Below, piece by piece: positions 12,253 to 25,828 of a stretch of 64,000 nucleotides of DNA. Below the pieces are notes generated by a model, which saw nothing but the letters and a program-made list of their open reading frames with translations, did not search any database and had not been told where the DNA came from. A program made the position numbers and the translations under genes. This stretch comes from Eledone cirrhosa (taxonomy: Eukaryota). Where the stretch lies: NCBI GenBank assembly GCA_964016885.1, contig OZ024743.1:60822001-60886000 (forward strand), given 5' to 3'. Numbering within the stretch: the first letter of the stretch is position 1; each line of letters starts with the position of its first letter.

Positions 12253-14640
12253 TTAGCTAATTTCCCTCCAAGGGTAGCGTCCACAAACATGACACTCTGG
12301 TATCTCTGGTTGTCGTACCATGAGGTGGCTTTCCCTATCTTATGTCTAGCCCTATCTAAGCTATTCCATGATTTGCTCCTGTATAATGGGCAAATTCCTT
12401 TCATGTCCAGTTCTATGAGGGTCTTATACTTCTCCATGGCTCCTTCGTATACTCTGACTCTGTCTCTTTGGTTGTAGCCAGAGCACTGCATGCGGTTGAT
12501 GAAGTGTTGGATGTGTATTTCCAATTATGTTGGGTCGCACATGCGGGACACATTCTTCATCACTCGTACCAAATCTGCGATCAGAATATTAAACTTAGCA
12601 CTACTGGACATTGCTGAGTTTTTGAGTATCAGGTATTTGGAGGCCATGGGTTTAGCATAGTGTGAGTTGAGAATTTGGGCTCTCTCGTCTATAGTGTTAA
12701 TCCAGAGTTCCGTGTCTAATACAGGTAGTCTATTGTTAGGGTGTTTGGAAGGGTAGTCGATAGTTACAGTTATACTCTGGTGTATGGAATTAGCTATCTG
12801 CTGGATGCTTTCCATTGTGCTACGTTCTAAATCAAACTTGTTAGTGCTCTCTAGTGGGGATGTTCTTATAACTATATTGATATCGTCTACGTAACGAGAG
12901 TACATGATGAGGTCTATGGAGCTCTCATTAAGGAGATCTTTAAGTCTCCTTTCCTACCATACCATGAAAAGGTTGGCAACATCACCAGCTATGCTGACGC
13001 CAATGGCTGCTCCCTCATTTTGGGTGTAGATCTTCTCGTTGAACTTGAATATGTGGCCCTTTAGGGTAGTTTTGATACTAGCCCCTATTGCATGTGCGAC
13101 CATTTTTCTTACCTGATCATTGTTTTGGGGGGTCCGTATAGCTTTGGTCCACCCAATCCACCTTCCCATGGGAGTCTTTTTTGCCATTGAGGTTATGGTG
13201 TGGGGGTCTACCTCTTATGGGTCTACTAGGGCAGAAACGTCTAAGGTCATGGCTGTCTAGGTAGTCAGTGTCGTAGGTAAGTCTAAGTAGGAAGCCCAGT
13301 TCGTCTGTGTCGACGTCGCAGAACTCCACCTCACTCTCAATGATCATCTCCACACATTTTTCCACAGCAAAATCAATGTTAATGGATGGGTACAGTGATA
13401 CCACATCCATGCTGTCTATTATGCAGTTGGATAGGTTCCTGTTTTTGTTGCAATCACTGATTCTGCTGAGGAGGTCCTCTGTACTGTCACATACATCTGG
13501 GGACATCTTGATTATGGGGCGTATAACCATTGAGAGGAAGTAGGAGATCCTGTAGTTGCTAGCTATATTAGCTCCGCATACGGGTCTTGTTGGTGGTCCT
13601 GTTGTCGGGTCGTCGACTGTCTTGTGGTCTTTGTGGAGCCCATACAAGGGTGGTATGTCATTGTTAGACGCCTGGAAGTTGTTGGCAGTGCGTCTGCTTG
13701 GCTTTAGGATGTCAGTCCACATCATCATGTGAGCGTTGATGATTTTCTCTCTCCCATCATGTGTTTGCTGTGCAATTTCGCTCGTGTTGGTGATGTGGGG
13801 TTGCATAGCCTTGATGTAGTTCGGCATGATATCTATTGACATCCTACCAGACTTATCCGTGGGTAGACATACTACCTCACCATCCCTTGTGCGTTGCTTG
13901 AGGCTACCCAAGCCTTCTACAGGTTTCCTCCCAAGTTATTGGACCTCTGGTCTGTTCTGTCTCTTAGTATACCGGTCTACTATTTGTCTAATCTTATTTC
14001 TAGCTATGGTGAACTATGCCTCTGTCTCGTCATCTATTTGTTGTGGTATGCAAACTCTTTTATTAAAGGGTAACCTCGTAGGATAGATATTACCCATCTT
14101 ATATGTTTTGTCAGCTGGGTTGAAAAATAGTTTCTCTAAAGGGTTGTCATTATATCTATCGTCATAGTTGTGTGTGTTGTTATTATTGTTATTATGGTGG
14201 TTGTTGTTGTTCCTATCATTAGCATTATTATTATTGTTATGATTGCTAGACGTACTGTTGCTGTGATTGTTGTTTACTTTACCATTATTGTTGTTGTTAC
14301 TGTTATTTCTACCATTGTGGTTGTTACTTTTATTATGTTTCTTGTTTTTGTTGTGTCTATCATTAATGTTGCTACATGTACTATTTCCATTATTACCACC
14401 GTGGTTATTGTTGTTGTTGTTCGTATTGTTACCGTTAGTACTACTGTGGTCGCTGCTGCTGTGTCTGTGGTTAATGTTTCTATTATTATTATTATTATTG
14501 TGGTTGTGGTTGTTGTTGTTGTTCTGTCTATCGTTAGTATTATTACCATTATTACTATTTCTCACTCTCCTGCTATTGTTATTGTTATGGCTGTTATTTC
14601 TATACTCAGAGTTATTGTTTATATTACTACTACTGTTATT
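12225..14640 (-). pseudogene. Penelope-like element reverse transcriptase, frameshifted; GIY-YIG end absent
   Basis: Consecutive ORF pieces: PTDKSGR, PPLYGLHKDHK...PPTRPVCGA, STEDLL, SMDVVSLYPSI, YTQNEGAAIGVSIAGDVANLFM, YSRYVDDI, LPVLD, HYAKPMAS, RMQCSGY, FVDAT. Confidence 0.9.
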
Positions 14641-15245
14641 ACACTGACCTAAGAGAAGTATAAATAAATAAATAAATAGATAAATAAATAAATAAATACA
14701 TACACAAGCACAATAACAACAAAGACATATAAACACACACTAGAGAAGATAGAATACATTAACCGATACGCAGTCACCCAATCACGAACACACATCAAAC
14801 AAAACACTATACACACACGCAAACGCATGCGCAAAGAAGACAAAATAAAATAAACAAACAAACAAATAAATAAATAAATATATAGACAGACTAAATAAAA
14901 ATTGCGTAGACATACAATGTAACGGGAGGAAACAATAGCACCACTGACGCTGTTGCAGATGTGCAACGAAAGAACTTTGATAAACCATATAATGTGTTTG
15001 GGTCTATATTGTATCTGTATTATTTTTGACCGTTGGTCAGTCAATGGCAACATTGAGGACCGAATAAATTAGATTACCGATATAAAGGACACAGAAGCGA
15101 AAAGCGAAAACCAACCAAACAGTGAGTGTGTTCTGTTATTAATTCTGGCAATATTACACAAATATGACCCTCCCCAAGTATAACAATATTTGATTCGACA
15201 CACGATTTCATATAAAAAACCTCGCAAAATTAATTCATCGCCGTT
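14641..15245 (+). mobile_element. PLE pseudo-LTR inverted relative to the PLE ORF
   Basis: Reverse complement of 26950-27547, where it directly follows a GIY-YIG C-terminus. Contains an HHR motif and ends in (TA)n. Confidence 0.85.
14940..14981 (+). ncRNA. Type I hammerhead motif (A9C mutated copy)
   Basis: acca CTGACGC t gttgca-gatg-tgcaac GAAA gaac TT tgat. The sister copy at 27222-27263 has the intact CTGACGA. Confidence 0.6.
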
Positions 15246-15401
15246 ATATATATGTGTATATATATATAAATATATATACACATATACATATACATATGAT
15301 AGTATATACCGTATAAAAAAACTTTCATGCACTAAACATGTATGTGCGACCATTGGTTTCAGGACACGATGACAAAGACAAATATATGAATATTTGTCCT
15401 C

Positions 15402-15485
15402 GTGCCCGATGAGGGATCAGTGGGAAAAAGACTCCTCCAATATACAGTGGTAGCATTAACTAGAGCCCGAAATCAATGGTCGCAC
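15402..15485 (+). ncRNA. Type I hammerhead-like motif with CCGATGA core and long stem II
   Basis: gtgc CCGATGA gggatcagt...actagagccc GAAA tcaatgg TC gcac. The 3' half is duplicated in inverted form at about 15310-15362. Confidence 0.6.
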
Positions 15486-15600
15486 ATGCATGTTAAGTAC
15501 ACGAATTTTTTTTTATACTACATAAGCTGTCTTGCAATAGATTGATCATTGTTTTCCTTGATCTTTCATCAATGAATATCCTGCACTCACTCACACACAC

Positions 15601-15695
<95 letters not shown>

Positions 15696-15773
15696 TGTGT
15701 GAAAAGTAAACAGAAAAAACACAACAAACAATGATGTTCAACGAAGTTACATATTAGTTTCATGCAGGAAACG

Positions 15774-15808
15774 TCTTAACATTTCGGGCCCTAGTTCTTC
15801 ATCAGAGT
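15774..15808 (-). ncRNA. Degenerate minimal hammerhead motif
   Basis: act CTGATGA agaactagggccc GAAA tgt TA aga. Stems are partly eroded. Confidence 0.4.
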
Positions 15809-16335
15809 ATAGAATGAGAAGTTAATGAAGCAATAGAAAGATAAAAATTAGAAAACAAATACCCATGCGTGAGTGTATCGGAATAAGGTGGGTGAGAGGT
15901 GAACTCCTAAATCTCATAGTCATTCATGCAGCTGAGTATAGAAGACAATCACAGTATATTTTATTTCAAATTAATCAAACATAATTTCTAATCAGCACTT
16001 TATAACGTTTATCTGAATTTTTGCATAACATCTAAACTATTTCAATACCAAAATTAGCAATGAATGAACACTCGGTGGCTAACATATCTATATATAGAAA
16101 TGGTATGTTCAAAAGTCCAATTAAATCACAGATTGTACGAGTAAGATATACCAATCTTGATGAAGTGATTATTTTACAGTTGAAAGTATTTAGTCACTTG
16201 TAATCTAATTCTATACTTCATTACTACACTAATATCATCAGAAGGAGAGGTGTAGCAGGCATTTAGTTAAAGAAGGAATGTGATACATACACGTGTGTTG
16301 GTGAGTGTATTTGTGCACACAAACACACACACACA

Positions 16336-16408
<73 letters not shown>

Positions 16409-16445
16409 TATATATATATATATACACTATATATATATATATACG

Positions 16446-16495
<50 letters not shown>

Positions 16496-16559
16496 GTCCC
16501 AAGGCTGATACCATCAACACTATGAACACAGAGCTGGCATATCTAAGAACTGACGACTA

Positions 16560-16615
16560 ACTGCCTGATGAGGTCATAGCCATTCAATGGCTATCATCGA
16601 AATATATATAGCAGT
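16560..16615 (+). ncRNA. Type I hammerhead ribozyme, canonical core
   Basis: actgc CTGATGA ggt-c-atagccat-tca-atggctat-c-atc GAAA tatata TA gcagt. 5-bp stem I, extended stem II, palindromic stem III. Confidence 0.85.
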
Positions 16616-16660
16616 AAATAAAGGATTATGAGTTCATGCAATTGACTTATGTTTCGTCAC

Positions 16661-16715
<55 letters not shown>

Positions 16716-17239
16716 AGAGAGAAAGAGGTAGATGCATGTTTATGTATATATATTTTACATATATAAATGTATGCATATATATATATATATATATATTAAA
16801 ATATATATATATTATCTCTATCCATCCAGCCATAGATACATACATGCATACTTTCAACATACATACGTACATACATATATACACACATGCATACATACAT
16901 ATATACCTAAAAACGCAATAATTTAGTGTATCTTTGAACAGGTGCCAAAATACCAATGTTAAGTCTCACACGGTAATACTAGAAGACGCACCAGCAGACG
17001 GAACATCTCAGACGTAAATGCGTATACATGCATACATTGTAAACACACACACGCACGCCCCCCCCCCCCCCATATATATATATATATATATATACATATA
17101 TGTATACATACAAATACATATATACACACATACATACATACATATATATATTTAATTATTTATCTATATGTATATATTTATGTATGTATACACATACACA
17201 TATATACATGAATATGTATATATAAATATATAAATAAAA

Positions 17240-17279
<40 letters not shown>

Positions 17280-17433
17280 ATATATGCATACATAGTAATG
17301 TATATGTATAATTAACATATATGAAGAGATTTGTTAACGCTTAGAGAAATATCATATGATAAAAAAACTCAATATGAATTGTAGACACATTATATAGATA
17401 TCAATAGGGTTTCAGAATACCCACGCGTTAATG

Positions 17434-17558
<125 letters not shown>

Positions 17559-17628
17559 GTAACTTTGGTGAGTCATTAAAGAGTTAGATTGAATACCTAC
17601 ACGCATCTGGCCTGGTTTGCTGCACTCA

Positions 17629-17780
17629 GAAGAAGAAGAAGAAGAAGAAGAAGAAGAAGAAGAAGAAGAAGAAGAAGAAGAAGAAGAAGAAGAAGAAGAA
17701 AAAGAAAAAGAAGAAGAAGAAGAAGAAAAAGAAGAAGAAGAAGAAGAAGAAGAAGAAGAAGAAGAAGAAGAAGAAGAAGA
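17629..17780. repeat. (GAA)n microsatellite
   Basis: Seen directly. Similar tracts at 4376-4446, 5052-5136 and about 37950-37989. Confidence 0.95.
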
Positions 17781-19068
17781 TTTTATTTTTATTCACAATA
17801 CAAATTGTTCACAATTCTTTTAGAATGAAAATATAAACACAAATATAAACACATAATAAATACAATGAAATATTTCTAGGAACCTTACGAATACAAGGCA
17901 CTAAAATATACAATGACAGAGAGAAAAAGAAAATAATAATTGACCAGCCTTTCACCACTAAGTGCGACAATCGGCTATACCTCACTATGGTCAACGGAAT
18001 TTTTTGAAGCAAGCCAACACGCTCGGAGCATTACCGCGGATGATGGCGAGGCTAAGGCACTGAAACTATCAGGCATCCTCACGAGCATCACCTAATACCT
18101 CGGTAATGTGTGTCGCCAAAGATGACATGAACTTCGCCTACAGCGGCCCGAATCCCCAAAATATTTGTATGGCAGTTCCCGGTATTTTAGGAGTTTTCAA
18201 TATTAGCAGAAATTTCGTAAATATGAACCGTTGTTGACTTGTCAGGGATTATTCAGTGCTTAGTTGATACCCAATAATACAAAACAGCACAGTATTAAGC
18301 ATTTACTTTTCGGGATAACGTCCTTAAAAAAGTTGCAATGGGTGGAAATCCTTATACATAAATGCATTGAAATAATTGTGAATAACGATGAAATAGTCAA
18401 ATTTCTATATATTAGAAGCATGTTTCACTGATAAATCTTCCTTTCCACCGAAAATCATTCATGTAGAACGTGAAACTAACGGGAGGTATGGACAAGGTGG
18501 ACTCTTAAGTTATAGTCCAAGATGTAATTTGTTTTCTCTACATATTCACTATTTTCGCTTTTTCGAAGTTGTTTTCATTTTTCACTAATAAATTGCTGTG
18601 TTTAGTCAAAGAAGAAAGGAGAGAACACTAAAATCCATCCAGGGCCTCCAATTCTGATGGGAAGGAGGGACTTATCTTCAAACTAAAAACCTTGCTAGAT
18701 TAGTTGCTACGCTGGGGATTCTGCTAAAAGTAATCAATAGCCAGGTGAAGGTTATAAAGAAACCGATGGATTATTTCAACAATCTAAGTACGTTACAGTA
18801 GGATTAGAACCGAAAGCAGAATGAACCAGAACAAATACGAGGAAGCATTTTGTCCTACGTTCTAATAGTTCAGCCAAGTGTCTGTCTTAGGATTGTCCAT
18901 TATTTATCAACCCCGGCACTATGAATGAAATATAAACTAAGAACGTTAAGACCTGTATTTTTCCTCAAACACACATATATGTATGTATGTATGTATGTAT
19001 GCATGCATGCATGCATGTATGCATGTATGCATGCATGTATGCATGTATGTATGTATGCATGCATGTAT

Positions 19069-19455
19069 GCGGAAGGGCGGAAGAACTCATAAGAGTCAAC
19101 GGCCACTCGAAAATGTGTAAATATGTATATACACATGTACTGCGCGGTGAAGCCACTGGGAGTGAAGAACCCCTAGCCTGTGTCATGACATTTTTCTAGG
19201 AGAAGGCAACTCAGGAAACTGGGATAAATCCGATATAAAACCTGCGGCTCAGTAGTTAACGATGATGTTGATCTTTTCTTCTTTTCGTGTTATAGCTACT
19301 GTCGCTCAGAGAGTGAGATTGGCTCAGTGCACAGTCTTTCCTCACTTTAAGAAATATCTTCACACACAGGCATTGCACGATAGAATTAATTAATATTTAT
19401 TAATAATGGTATATCGTGCAATGGCCATACTCGATAACGAGGGGGCAGCTATCAT
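19069..19455 (+). mobile_element. Non-autonomous RTE derivative (5' UTR head plus RTE-like 3' tail)
   Basis: Head matches 8751-8975. Tail TGGCCATACTCGATAACGAG...GCAGC resembles 20130-20162 and is followed by (TATG)n. Confidence 0.7.
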
Positions 19456-19752
19456 GTATGCATGTATGCATGTATGTATGTATGTATGTATGTATGTATG
19501 TATCTATGTATGTATTTCTATACGTGTATATGTATGTATTAATGTATGCATGTATTTATATATGTATGTATGTATTAATGTATGTATGTATGTACTTATG
19601 TATGTATGTATATATGTATGCATGTAGGGATGTATGTATGTACGTATGTATGTATATATCTATGCATGTAGGAATGTATGTATGTACGTATGTATGTATA
19701 TATGTATGCATGTAGGAATGTATGTATGTACGTATGTATGTATATATGTATG

Positions 19753-20163
19753 CGGGAGAGATGACCCCTTAGCCTTTGTCAAGGCAGAATTCTAGGAGAA
19801 GGAAAACTCTGATATAACACCTGCAACCCTGATGGTATCCAATGATGTTGAATTGTTCTTCTTTTTGGTAAATATCATCTTGGTTAAGAGAGTGGGACTG
19901 GCTTTGTGCAGTGCCTTTGCTCACTATAAAAGCTTCACAGCACAGGCATTGCTTTATATCTGGAGATCTCTCTGCACTTGTCGTCACATGGTACCATTGG
20001 CCCAGCACTATGTGTCAATAATTGTCACAAGTGTAGTGTTTGTACCAGAGTTTTCAAGTCGCTGGCTGGACTAAAAAGTCACATTCGTTCAGCGCATTGG
20101 TAGGGGTTCTCCTACATGGATATAAAGTAGTGGCCGTACTCGAAAACGAGTTGGCAGCCACCA
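19753..20163 (+). mobile_element. Internally deleted RTE: 5' UTR fused to C-terminal C2H2 finger and 3' UTR
   Basis: TAGGAGAAGGAAAACTCTGATATAA head. About 20025-20103 translates as HKCSVCTRVFKSLAGLKSHIRSAHW*, typical of the RTE ORF C-terminal zinc finger. Confidence 0.8.
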
Positions 20164-22187
20164 TATATGTATGCATGTAGGGATGTATGTATGTACGTAT
20201 GTATGTATATATGTATGCATGTAGGAATGTATGTATTTACGTATGTATGTATATATGTATGCATGTAGGAATGTATGTATGTACGTATGTATGTATATAT
20301 GTATGCATGTAGGAATGTATGTATGTACGTATGTATGCATATATGTATGCATGTAGGAATGTATGTATGTACGTATGTATGCATATATGTATGCATGTTG
20401 GAATGTATTTATGTACGTATGTATGTATATATGTATGCATGTAGGAATGTATGTATGTACGTATGTATGTATATATGTATGCATGTAGGAATGTATGTAT
20501 GTACGTATGTATGTATATATGTATGCATGTAGGAATGTATGTATGTACGTATGTATGTATATATGTATGCATGTAGGAATATATGTATGTACGTATGTAT
20601 GTATATATGTATGCATGTAGGAATGTATGTATGTACGTATGTATGTATATATGTATGCATGTAGGAATGTATGTATGTACGTATGTATGTATATATGTAT
20701 GCATGTAGGAATGTATGTATGTACGTATGTATGTATATATGTATGCATGTAGGAATGTATGTATGTACGTATGTATGCATATATGTATGCATGTAGGAAT
20801 GTATGTATGTACGTATGTATGCATATATGTATGCATGTAGGAATGTATGTATGTACGTATGTATGTATATATGTATGCATGTAGGAATGTATGTATGTAC
20901 GTATGTATGTATATATGTATGCATGTAGGAATGTATGTATGTACGTATGTATGTATATATGTATGCATGTAGGAATGTATGTATGTACGTATGTATGTAT
21001 ATATGTATGCATGTAGGAATGTATGTATGTACGTATGTATGTATATATGTATGCATGTAGGAATCTATGTATGTACGTATGTATGTGTATATGTATGCAT
21101 GTAGGAATGTATGTATGTACGTATGTATGTATATATGTATGCATGTAGGAATGTATGTATATACGTATGTATGTATATATGTATGCATGTAGGAATGTAT
21201 GTATGTACGTATGTATGTATATATGTATGCATGTAGGAATGTATGTATGTACGTATGTATGTATATATGTATGCATGTAGGAATGTATGTATGTACGTAT
21301 GTATGTATATATGTATGCATGTAGGAATGTATGTATGTACGTATGTATGTATATATGTATGCATGTAGGAATGTATGTATGTACGTATGTATGTATATAT
21401 GTATGCATGTAGGAATGTATGTATGTACGTATGTATGTATATATGTATGCATGTAGGAATGTATGTATGTACGTATGTATGTATATATGTATGCATGTAG
21501 GAATGTATGTATGTACGTATGTATGTATATATGTATGCATGTAGGCATGTATGTATGTACGTATGTATGTATATATGTATGCATGTAGGAATGTATGTAT
21601 GTACGTGTGTATGTATATATGTATGCATGTAGGAATGTATGTATGTACGTATGTATGTATATATGTATGCATGTAGGAATGTATGTATGTACGTGTGTAT
21701 GTATATATGTATGCATTTAGGAATGTATGTATGTACGTATGTATGTATATATGTATGCATGTAGGAATGTATGTATGTAAGTATGTATGTATATATGTAT
21801 GCATGTAGGCATGTATGTATGTACGTATGTATGTATATATCTATGCATGTAGGAATGTATGTATGTACGTGTGTATGTATATATGTATGCATTTAGGAAT
21901 GTATGTATGTACGTATGTATGTATATATGTATGCATGTAGGAATGTATGTATGTAAGTATGTATGTATATATGTATGCATGTAGGCATGTATGTATGTAC
22001 GTATGTATGTATATATGTATGCATGTAGGAATGTATGTATGTACGTGTGTATGTATATATGTATGCATGTAGGAATGTATGTATGTACGTGTGTATGTAT
22101 ATATGTATGCATGTAGGAATGTATGTATGTACATATGTATGTATATATGTATGAATGTAGGAATGTATGTATGTACGTATGTATGCA
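20163..22187. repeat. 44-bp (TATG)-derived satellite, about 46 copies
   Basis: Unit TATATGTATGCATGTAGGAATGTATGTATGTACGTATGTATGTA. About 3 more units at 19611-19752. Confidence 0.95.
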
Positions 22188-22725
22188 TTACAATGGCAAT
22201 AATAATTAGAGAATTTATTCATGGTGCCAGTATCTTAATTAGGAATACTCTGGTGCAACAGCTAATAAGCTGCTAATAATAGCAATTAGTGCAGTGGGCA
22301 TGATACTACTGGCTGATAATTCACCTATGTATTGATGGTGGTAACCGGGAAACTAGTAATTCTAGCGAAAATTATTTTCTACGTTAAGATAATACTTGAT
22401 ATAAAACATCCATATAATCACATGATGCTACTGTTATAGGCTGTTACCAGCTGATTATTATTATAATAATTTTTTTATAGCCATGTTTCCATTTGTGAAT
22501 ATATTTACGTCGGTTTCGACGATGATTGTACTAGTTGTTTGATCAACAGAACAAGCTGCAAATGAAATTAAAATGACTGACGATTACCCAGACCTGTGTA
22601 CCATTAAGGTAGTACTTGGGGAGCATCAGCGAAATAACTGTGACAAGCAGATGAATTACAAGAACAGTTCATCCAACAGGCTTCCAAACAGCTCTAGCCT
22701 ACGCAATTCCAATAATATATATATA

Positions 22726-22803
<78 letters not shown>

Positions 22804-22959
22804 AAAACACAGCCACCGTAACGGCTATTAACTAAATGTTAAATCTGAACGGCTGGTTGCAGTTACATTACTGCAATTCGGCAGATTCATCGAGTGATAT
22901 AGACGATGGCCGGAGAACTTTGACTTAATACCAGCGATCTTCGTTACTTTTATATTATA

Positions 22960-23013
<54 letters not shown>

Positions 23014-23232
23014 TATGTATATATAATACAGTGTGTTTACAAACACACCGAGCATTATAATAAATGTTCGGTGAATCCATACGTACATATATATATATAT
23101 ATGTGTGCCTGTATGTATATATATATACATACTACTGTACGTCTGTATACATATATGTATGTACGTATACATACTTATATTTAAGTAACAGCCGTACTAA
23201 GAGTGGGAAATGAAATTTCGTTTCATTTTTCC

Positions 23233-23317
<85 letters not shown>

Positions 23318-23324
23318 CATATAT

Positions 23325-23355
<31 letters not shown>

Positions 23356-23490
23356 CAGAGATATCCACGGTAAGTTGTGGGGTCTAGTCTGCATGAAAAA
23401 CTCAATGTAATCCATATGTTGAAAATGTTGTAGGTTAAAATAAATCCCGGGAAACAATAAAACATTAAAAGGAAAACAGAGTCATGATAT

Positions 23491-25542
23491 AAGTTAAAAC
23501 AATGAAATAAAAAATCAAGTCATTAGAAATATACTTCACTGCTATACGATCGTTTCTAGGTGATGAAAATACATTGTAACTATACTTCTTTATCGATCTA
23601 TGTAAGGTTAGTTACAAAATATCAGATAGGGAGAATATTTACTTACATGCATATCACCGGCTGTTGTCAAAAGCAATAATAATTTTATTCAAAATTAGTA
23701 GTAAAATAGCAGTAAGTTTAGTTCTTTGACCTTATTTGGAGGTACCTGAAGAACTAACCAATCAGATTGTTTTTTTCCATATGATGTTAAGATGAAAAAT
23801 AATTCACTTAAATTGAGGTCATGACCCTTTGAAAGGAATGGTTGAATGGTATTAATAATAGAATTGCTATAAAAAATCTATTAGGAAGAAAGGGATTGTC
23901 AAATTGATAGTTGAATATATATGGTATATCGAAGTTTAAAAGGAATGTAAAAATTAAATGTTGAGTTGTGTTGTATGGAGTTTTTAGGTGAATATAAATT
24001 AAGGTCATGACTAGGAAAGACGGTATATTAAACGATGAAAATTATAAGATAATTGTTTCTACGTTAGGCACAAGGCCAGCAATTTACTCAGTGTATTACT
24101 GGTACTTTATTTTATCGACCCCGTAAGGATGAAAGGCAAAGTTAACCTCGGTGGGATTTGAACTCAGAATAGCAAGGGCCGTAACTCTATGCGTCAAAGC
24201 ATGGCGTCCGACCCTCTACCAATACTGCCAATCCAATAAGATAATGAAATACATTAATACAATAATATAATTGTTTCTGTTTTAGGCACAAGGACAGCAA
24301 TTACCCAGTACATTACTGGTACTTTGTTTTATCGACCCCGTAAGGATGAAAGGCAAAGTTAACCTCGGCAGGATTTGAACTCAGATCGTAAAGGGACGTA
24401 ACTATGCTGGAAAGCATGTCCGACCCTCTACCGATACTGCCAATTCATAATATAATGTAACACAATATCGTACGGTGTGGTAAATTGTACTTAGTATAAT
24501 ACAGCGTATGATACGCCTTACAGTACTTTCAAGTATGTCTATGTATAAATAATTCTTTCTACGTTAGGCGCAAGGCCAGCAAATACCCAGTGTATTACTG
24601 GTACTTTATTTTATCGACCCTGTAAGGATGAAAGGCAAAGTTAATCTCGGCGGAATTTGAACTCAGAATGGCAAGGGCCGTAACTCTATACGTCAAAGCA
24701 TAGCGTCCGATCTCTACCGATACTGCCGATCCACCGCCCTGTCTATGTATAAATAATCAAACTCAGATAAATGCATGTTGACATAGTCAAAACATAAATT
24801 TCATAGATCACAAAGTGCATAACCCACATTATAGATAGAGGTATAGTTAAATTAATACTCAACCAAAAATATACATACGCATAAATAGATGCAAATATAT
24901 ACATACATCTACACATGTGCACACAATCATATACACATATATTTATATATATATATCTACATATACACACCTATACACACATATATATATATGTATGTAC
25001 ACAAACATGCATGTACACAAACATGCATGTACACACACACATATAAAAACACTCATACACATATACTCGCATATACACACATACTCACACATATACATAT
25101 ATACATATATATATATATTCCCATATCATACATACATAGATACATATTTACTCATGCAATTACGGGTGGTTGTGTACCTTGTTGCCCTTAGTCATTAACG
25201 CATAAATCTAAGGAAGCTAAAAAATTAAAAGGTAAGAAATAAGCATGAATGCGTATAATTAGGGGAAAGGGATACTAACAAATGTTACGCTACATAGAAT
25301 TATAGTGAGTTGCTATTTAGAATATTTAATTAGGTTTATAGCTACCTCCAAATATTTATTGCTTTTGACAACAGCTGGTGATATGCATGTAATTAAATAT
25401 TCTCCCTATCTGATATTTTGTAACTAACCTTACATAGATCGATAAAGAATTATAGTTATAATGTATTATCATCACCTAGAAACGATCGTACAGCAGTGAA
25501 ATATATTTCTAATGACTTGATTTTTTATTTCATTGTTTTAAC
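23491..25542. mobile_element. Element bounded by about 190-bp inverted repeats (23491-23690 / 25355-25542), probably PLE-derived
   Basis: Arms are reverse complements with a few mismatches and contain GAAAcgatcgTA, a hammerhead 3'-half-like motif. Confidence 0.6.
24052..24740 (-). mobile_element. Three family A SINE copies in the same orientation (about 24052-24235, 24270-24445, 24550-24740)
   Basis: Each has AGGCACAAGG...TACTGGTACTTT...ATCGACCC...GGATGAAAGGCAAAGTTAA...GATTTGAACTCAGA (with small variants). Confidence 0.85.
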
Positions 25543-25785
25543 ATATATATATATATATATCTATATATATATATTTCGTTTCTCAATTTGTTTAACAAGA
25601 TTCTTTATCTGAAAACGTGTGTTGAAACCGATAATGTCATACTTTGGGAGGGTCATGTTGCCAATAAGAAACACACGCACCAGTGATTTCACTTCAATTT
25701 ATTATAAATTAAATTTATAAATTTAGGAATTTATAAATTTCCGGTTGGTTGGTTGGTTCCACAACCTGACGATTGTTCATATATT

Positions 25786-25828
25786 GTCAAAGTTCTTTCG
25801 TCACACATTCTGTGACCTCTTCAGTGAC
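25786..25828 (-). ncRNA. Type I hammerhead in the inverted pLTR
   Basis: Reverse complement reads gtca CTGAAGA g gtcaca-gaatg-tgtgac GAAA gaac TT tgac. Confidence 0.75.

Noticed and set aside
16208-16245. Minus-strand CTGATGA...GAAG motif
   Set aside because: GAAG instead of GAAA and poor stem I pairing.
20163-22187. Regular array that could be mistaken for a CRISPR array
   Set aside because: Units are contiguous with no unique spacers, there are no cas genes, and the context is eukaryotic.
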